The notes under the pieces are model-generated. The model saw nothing but the letters and a program-made list of their open reading frames with translations, searched no databases and was not told the origin of the DNA. Shown here one piece after another: positions 57,300 through 64,000 of a DNA stretch of 64,000 nt. This DNA is from the human T2T-CHM13v2.0 reference genome, Homo sapiens, in NCBI RefSeq assembly GCF_009914755.1, contig NC_060940.1; one strand, 5' to 3'. How positions within the stretch are numbered: position 1 is the first letter of the stretch; every line of letters starts with the position of its first letter. Position numbers and translations under genes: made by a program.

Positions 57300-58870
57300 G
57301 TGTGGGAAAGTGTGAGAATATGGAACCCCTGGGAGACTCAGACACAAGGGGAGTTTATACCAATTAATGGTTATTTTCAGTTGACATCACTGGGAACTTA
57401 GAAGTCAAATGGGAAACATGGTGATACAGAAGGCATAAAGCTCCACCCAGATCCTTCTCCCCTGTGGAACAAAAGCCTTAGGCTGTTGGGCAAAAGGCAA
57501 CAAGAACTGTCAACCCCAGAACACAGGCAAAGACCCACTGCAGCCAGAGAAAGGAAAAAGGAAAAAATCCACTATTGTCAGGAAAATGTCAGAAAACCAG
57601 AAATTTATGACCTTTGCAGGAGTGGCAGGATCACTGAATGTGCTCCACCAGTGAGACCCAGGGATACAGTAGAAGCCCAAGACTGAGGTTAAAGAAGGAA
57701 AACCAGAGAAAACTCTCCAGCCCTGTACCCTCAACCAGGCCAGGGAGTATGAGTCACCAGAAGAAGAGCTGTCTGTCACATGGAGAGGAGCAAGAGTGTG
57801 CAGAAAGACCATCTCTGAGGTTTTGGCTCACAGGGAAAGCCTAAGGTTAAGAATTGAACAAGAACATTGAGAAAAATCCTCTGGCTACCCAACTCTACCC
57901 TAGGCACAAGGTAAAGCTGGAAGAATTCAAAGATGGTGGCCAACTGAAAGTAACCACAGCAACAACAAAATGCAGACCTAGCTTACCCACTAACTAGATT
58001 GCCCCAAAACCCCTTACTAAAAGTGTAATGGAAGAAGAGGTGGGCCCATTTCCCAACATAGTGTTATTCCATCTCTACTGTCCACATGGTGGCCAGTTTT
58101 CTATCCCCCCAAAAAAGTGTGAAAAACACACACAAAAACAGAAGACTAAAAAACAAAACAAACAAACCAAAAAAAAAAAACTGTCAGGCTGGGCATGATG
58201 ACTCATGCCTGTAATCCCAGCACTTTGAGAAGCTGAAGAGGGCAGATCACTTGGGGCCAGGAGTTGGAGACCAACCTCGCCAACAAGGTGAAACCCCGTC
58301 TCTGGTAAAAATACAAAAATTAGCCGGGCGTGGTGGTGCTCACCTGTAGTCCCAGCTAGTTGGTAGGCTAAGGAAAGAAAATTGCTTGAGCCCAGAGGCA
58401 GAGGTTGCAGTGAGCCGAGATCACTTCACTGCACTCCAGCCTGGGTGACAGAGCAAGACCCTGTCTCAAAAAATAAAATAAAATAAAATAAAAAATCTGT
58501 TAAAAAAGAAACTAATCAAAAGAAATATATTCAGAGATGACTCAGTTATCCAAACAACCAGGGAATTGGGAAAAATATTACATATATATATATACACACA
58601 CATGTTTGTTTACATATACATATGTAATTAATTTATTAAAGTCTGTAGTAAAACAATCGGAGAGAGGAAAACCATTAGAACGACCCAAATGTCCATACTA
58701 TGAGATAAAAGTCAGAATAAAGAAAGTTTGAGGAGCCCATCCAAGGACTCAGCACAGCTGAGGAACTAGTTAGCGAAACTAAAAATAAATATCTGAAGCA
58801 CAAATTGGTAAAATGAAAGTGGAAAAAAAAGTGAATGAAATACCAAAGAGCTTTGGGACAATATCAAAAC
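57300..58870 (+). mobile_element. Old L1 (L1M-type) 5'UTR/ORF1 remnant interrupted by an Alu
   Basis: TGGGAGACTCAGACACAAGGGGAGTT, CCAGTGAGACCCAGGGATACAG, GAGCTTTGGGACAATATCAAA; boundaries approximate. Confidence 0.55.
58187..58495 (+). mobile_element. Alu SINE (AluSz/J-type), (AAAAT)n tail
   Basis: Full dimer; CTGT follows A-rich sequence on both sides. Confidence 0.95.
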
Positions 58871-58924
58871 CCAGAAGAACATTCCATTAGTCCTCTGTTC
58901 TTTATTCCATTAGTCCTCTTTCTT

Positions 58925-60600
58925 CATATCTTTTCACCTCATTGTGTGTTCTTTTTTAACTTAACTATATAATCTTCTGGTTTTTGTTCTACCTTTTATT
59001 AATTTTTGTCATTACACTCAAGACTACAATACATACACTGTACTTATTACAGCAGACCTTAACTGATTATTCTATCATAGCCTGAATTATGCTTGAGGCC
59101 ATTAAAAGTTTAATTCCATTTCCCCTTGTGGCTTTCTGGTTGTTGTTTTTGTTGTTGTCACTACAAATATTATTCCTATACTTGTTATAAACCTCTCATT
59201 GTTTTCTGTTTACTTATTCTAGGGCTATTGATTCCTTCATGCATGCCTCTGTTTTCAGCTGGGGTGGTTTTCCTTTAGCCTGAGGAATTCCCTTTATTAT
59301 TTCTTATAGAGCAAGCAGATCTCCTGGTGATAAATGCTCATTTTCTAGGCTGAAAATGTCTTTATTTGGTCTTTATTTTTGAGCATTGTTTTTCTGAATT
59401 TCACATTCTAAGTTTGTAATGTTTGTTTTTTTTCTTTTTGGCACTTTAAGTATCCCAACCAATTTCTTTCTTTTTTATTTTTTAAAAATATTTTAACTTT
59501 CATTTTAGTTTCGGGGGTACATGTGCATGTTTGTTATATAGGTAAACTCATGACTCCGGCGTTTGAGATACAGGTTTTTTCATCACTTACGCACTAAGGA
59601 TAGTACCCAGTAGTTTCATTTCCTGAACCTCTCCCTCTTCCCACCCTTCACCCTCAGGTAGGCCCCAGTGTCTGTTGTTCCCCTCCTTCCAACCATGTCC
59701 AATCAATTTCTTATTATTTCTATACTTTCAGAATGTTAGCCATTATTTTTACTCCTGTTATCGTGAAAGTAATGTTTGTTATACTGTTAAGAATTTCTCT
59801 TTATGTTTGGACTTCTGTGGTTTGACTATGATGCATATGGGTGTTGCATTTTTTTGCAGTTTTTTGTCTTGGTGATAATTGAGGTTCTTGATCTATGGAG
59901 TAATGGCTGTCATCAGATTTGGAAAAATCTTGGCTGTTATTTCTTCAGCTATCATTTCTATGTTTCTTTCCATTCTTCGTGGTTACCCAATTACATGTAT
60001 ATTAGACCTTCTGACAGTGTCCCATATTTCCTGTTTGCTCATTTTTGTTTCTTTTTGTTATTGTTTTTTATTTGTTCTTCATGTACATTGGCCTTTGAAC
60101 TCTCCTCAGGTTTCTTAATCCTATCTTCTGTTCTGTCCATTCTACAGTTCAACTCACTCCGTGAGTTCGTTATTTCAAATGCTACATTTTCTTATTATAG
60201 AACATTCATTTGATTGTTTTTACAGATCTCAATTCTTCATTTATATATTTCATATTGCATTAATTTTATCCTTTCTTCTCTTTTATTTCATGTAGTATCC
60301 AGTTTTCTGAAGCTTTTGCCTACCAGCTGTAGATCATCTCCACATCTGTTTCTATTGACTATTTTATCTATTTTTGTACACTTTTTCTTGCTTCTCGTCA
60401 TGCATACTAACTTTTTTACTGCATGCTGAGCATTGTGGGTGAGAATCTTTTTATCCTACCTTTCTCCAAAGAGTGTTGACTTTTTTCCTGGGTGGCAGCA
60501 AAAGTGCCAACAGATTATTTTGTTCCAGTGAGGCCCACTTTTAGAATGTATGAGGTTGAGTCTATTTCAGCTTTGCCCTAACACATATGTCCTTATTCAC
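58925..60600 (-). mobile_element. Old L1 ORF1-region remnant
   Basis: TTTCCTTTAGCCTGAGGAATTCCCTTTA, CTGAAAATGTCTTTATTT, TTTGACTATGATG, ATTTGGAAAATCTTGGCTGTTATTTCTTCA. Confidence 0.7.
59469..59690 (-). mobile_element. L1PA15/16-type 3' end nested in the older L1
   Basis: TTCGGGGGTACATGTGCATG...CACCCTCAGGTAGGCCCCAGTGTCTGTTGTTCCC; TSD CCAA(C/T)CAATTTCTT. Confidence 0.9.
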
Positions 60601-62264
60601 ATGCCATTGATATTATGGATTCTCAAATTAAATGATGACCTGGTGGTTCACTTACTTTTAAAGTATTAATATTTTTTGAAGGAACAATACTGTTTTTTCA
60701 TTTCTAGATTCTTATATCTTATTCTTATTAAGTTTGCTGCTCTTTATTTAAGTCAACATAAGACACACATAACTGGTGGTAGCAGAACAACACAGTTTAA
60801 CTTGACCACTGCCAGGTTATACCAGTTATGCTTTCTCTATAATTCTGTGTAGAACAATATCCAAATCTGCATTTTCTTTTCCAACCATGTAGCCAGCTAT
60901 CTGGGTGTCATAAAATGAAGCTATATTCTTTTAAAAATCTCAGGATTAAAGAGAAATAAAAGTTTGTTACAAACAAGAACGTACACTCACCTGTTCTATT
61001 AATTCCCCATTCACCATTCTGTCTGCATTCACAATGAGATGAACTGAGGTGAATGTTAACAAGGATGAATGTCAAGTTCTGAAGTTGAACTACAAACAGC
61101 AACTTCCCAGGAATAAAATAAACAACACTTGACTTTAATGAGCATCTCATGTGAGAATAAAGCTCAGTCTGAATTCTAAAGTTAAGGCTTTAAAATTGAC
61201 ACTAAATGTATATTGGTTAGGAGGGTTTAGGGTACCTGAAAATATAAGTGTCTGAAGATGCCCTCAGGCATCCAGGACAGAAAATGTGCCACTGACCTAC
61301 CTTATAGGAAAGGTCTGGATCTTCCCTATTATTTCTCTTAAGCCTGTATCCAGCGAAAAACATGAGAATGTGAACCCAGATCCTTAGCAGGGCGGCAATG
61401 TGTAGATATAAGGAATCATCAATTATAAGCATGAGACCTAGAGCTTCAGGCTTCCCAAGAAATACCTTGAGATAAATTAAATGTCTTAATTCCCCCCTCT
61501 GTGTTTTATCTTGCTATTTCTGAAAAGTTTGTATCTAAATCTTGCAATCAATTTTGCTTCTCTGAGGATTCAAAGATGGTAATACCAGCTACCACAGAGC
61601 TGCTCAGTAAGCACAATAAATGATGGTTAAAAACAAAACAAAATGTAGAACAAGTTAAAAGAAGACATTGGTGATCTGTTTAGAAGGAAAATCCATTTTA
61701 CTATATAGGCCTTGCAAATTTTGACAGTTATTTCTGCAGAAGTTCAAGTTAGCCACAATTAGTTAACTTGTGAAATAATGTGAGGGAGAATGGTACCAAT
61801 TTTTAACTTATTGGTAATTATCTATTTCAGTTGGGTGAGCACATATTTCCTATCTTAAGTATGCTGGACATCATTCAATGGATCAGATATATGAGGCTTA
61901 CTCTTTATATATGCTTAATGACATAGGATGATTGATTTCACTAAGATAGGAACCTGATTTGGCTTTTGTCATTCAGAAGTTCCAAACCATGGCAGATAAT
62001 CCACTTAGAAATGTTAATGAATGTTGATCTTATACACAGTTGAGTAAAGAAATTGTTAAGCATTCAATGCACAGAATAAAGGACATATTTGTGAGGTTTT
62101 TTTTTTTTTTTTGGTAGTATCATTCTCTGTTAACACTAATTAACTGCCATCCACATTCCAGACAGTAGACTGTGGACACAATGAGAACAAGGATCAGGAA
62201 ATACTGTGTAGTGTACAGTACATAGAATGCTGCTTAATTCAACTTGCTTGCATTTTCCTATATG

Positions 62265-62390
62265 TTATTTTATTTCATCTTCAAAATTTCCCTGTAAGAT
62301 ACTTCTTGTGCTCATTTCATACATGACAAAATTGAGTCTTAGGGCAGTTGACGGGTTTTCTTGACCCAGGTCCCAAAGCTGTGGGCGAAT
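62265..62390 (-). mobile_element. MIR fragment
   Basis: TTTCATCTTCAAAATTTCCCTGTAAGATA...CTCATTTCATACATGACAAAATTGAG. Confidence 0.6.
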
Positions 62391-64000
62391 ATGCAGTGCT
62401 CTCCCTACCTGTGCTGTGCTCATTTTTTTCTGCTGGCTCAGCACGAAGCAGCCATGGGGCCTGGGAAGTGAGAAAGGATCTGGAGTTGCAGCTGAGAAGG
62501 AAGGTAGATATATCCACATGCCTCCTGAGAGGCTAAGTGAAAGTTTGTGAAAAACATCGGATTGCAGGAGCTGTGGGAAAGATAGAAAGATGGGAGAGAG
62601 TAAACATGGCAGCTATTTGCAGAGTATGCCACTTGGGAAAGATGTGGAGCCAGGAAAGGGGGCTAATTGAAGACACCTGGAGGGAGATGGCGAGAAAGCT
62701 AAAATCATCCAGGATGTCTGGGCAAAGAGCCTTGATGCAGAAAGTGGACATCTTGAGAAGCTGCCATGAGGCCTTGTGAAAGAAACCAGACTTGTAGGTG
62801 GAAAATGCAACTCCTAAGAGGAAGGTGTGGTTACTAAAATTCCATGGCTATACATTGGTGGCCTGCACCCCAAATCTGGCCTAAGTCTTCCTTTGCCTTA
62901 AAAATAATGGAACATGGTGCCTTGGGCAGTGTCTGTATTCTTCAGGGTGCCACTATTCCCTGTTCACCCTGCATACCACCTCCATCTCCCCTTAACCTAC
63001 CCACAGAGTCATAGCAATTCACACAGATGGGCCTGCTCCACTGATATAGAGCCCCAAAACTTCAGTTCCAAAGGAACAAAAGTTAGACCAGCATGAAACA
63101 ATTTTCTCTACACTTGGTGGTGGATTTCTTTGGGCCCATCTTTGTTTATAGCAACTCTTTTCAACTTGGCTTATCATTATGCAACTATGGTACCAGCTAG
63201 AATCAACTGGCCTTCCAAACCCAGACGCGTTCATCTTTATCCAAATGTAATTTATCTGAAATGCCATGTTGTTGTGAGCATTATGCATTACTGCATGAGC
63301 TTCTGTTTTCTTCTTAAATAATAAAACACCCTAATGGAAAATATTCCCTCTAAATAAATTTTAATGAGCACTTATTTGCCCAAATTGTCCTTTGTCTGAA
63401 TGGCAGAAAATTAATACGAACTTGAAATTATCAGGAGCATTTTGTCATAATGGGTCTTGGGAATAAATCATGCAAATATGAAATATTTTCCTGTATCTTC
63501 CTGAACTGTAAGTGCTGTAGTAACAACTTCCTCCCAAATGCAAAGCGAGTGTCAATGTCTTATCTTTCATCTGTACAGAAAAATATCACATCGGAAATCA
63601 TGTCAAAGTGTTAGATGTTACTGGAGCTTGAAGTGAACAAGCAAGAAGCCTAATTGTCAGAGAAGGGTGTATATTCCAGACTTTGCCACTACAAATGACA
63701 ATGCATGTATCTGCTACGTTTTTTAATTCCGTGCATTGACTCGTTTTCCTGGAGAAAGAAAGCAAATGGAAAATATTACCCTGTATCCTGGGCAGACTAG
63801 AGAACTTGGGTCTCACTGTGCTCACCAAGAATTAAACGGGCCAGATGGAGAACTGGAGTAAGTGCCTTCCAGAGGAGAGTTTCAGCTGGAGCAAGAATTA
63901 TGAGCCAATGAAGTGGGAAGCCATATTTGAGGGCGCCCCCTTAGACTTCAGAGTGCACTACATTAATTGCTCCTATAGACTTTCTCTCCATCTGAAATAC

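Overview
This is primate (human-like) non-coding genomic DNA, AT-rich and CpG-depleted. About 24 Alu copies or arms are present (mostly + strand, many with clear target-site duplications), together with L1 fragments of many ages, L2/MIR/CR1 remnants, solo LTRs (MER9/HERV-K9, THE1 x2, several MLT1, LTR16-like, LTR47-like) and DNA-transposon MITEs (MADE1, MER1B, MER5, MER30, MER63, MER81, MER115/Zaphod, Tigger2a, MER104/Kanga-like). I see no supportable protein-coding gene, RNA gene, CpG island or CRISPR array. The long ORFs come from Alu, L1 or low-complexity sequence. Repeat family names are from recalled consensus sequences, not from running RepeatMasker, and boundaries of old elements are approximate. 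I found no new gene system. The most notable signal is a ~90-bp chimeric insert at 3013-3102, inside an old L1, built from two sequences that also occur 1.7 and 2.8 kb downstream and are joined in permuted order at a GCA microhomology. Several smaller templated-repair-like scars also occur: a fold-back insert in an Alu, a doubly truncated L1 with duplicated filler, and CTCCTAA filler at an Alu 5' end.
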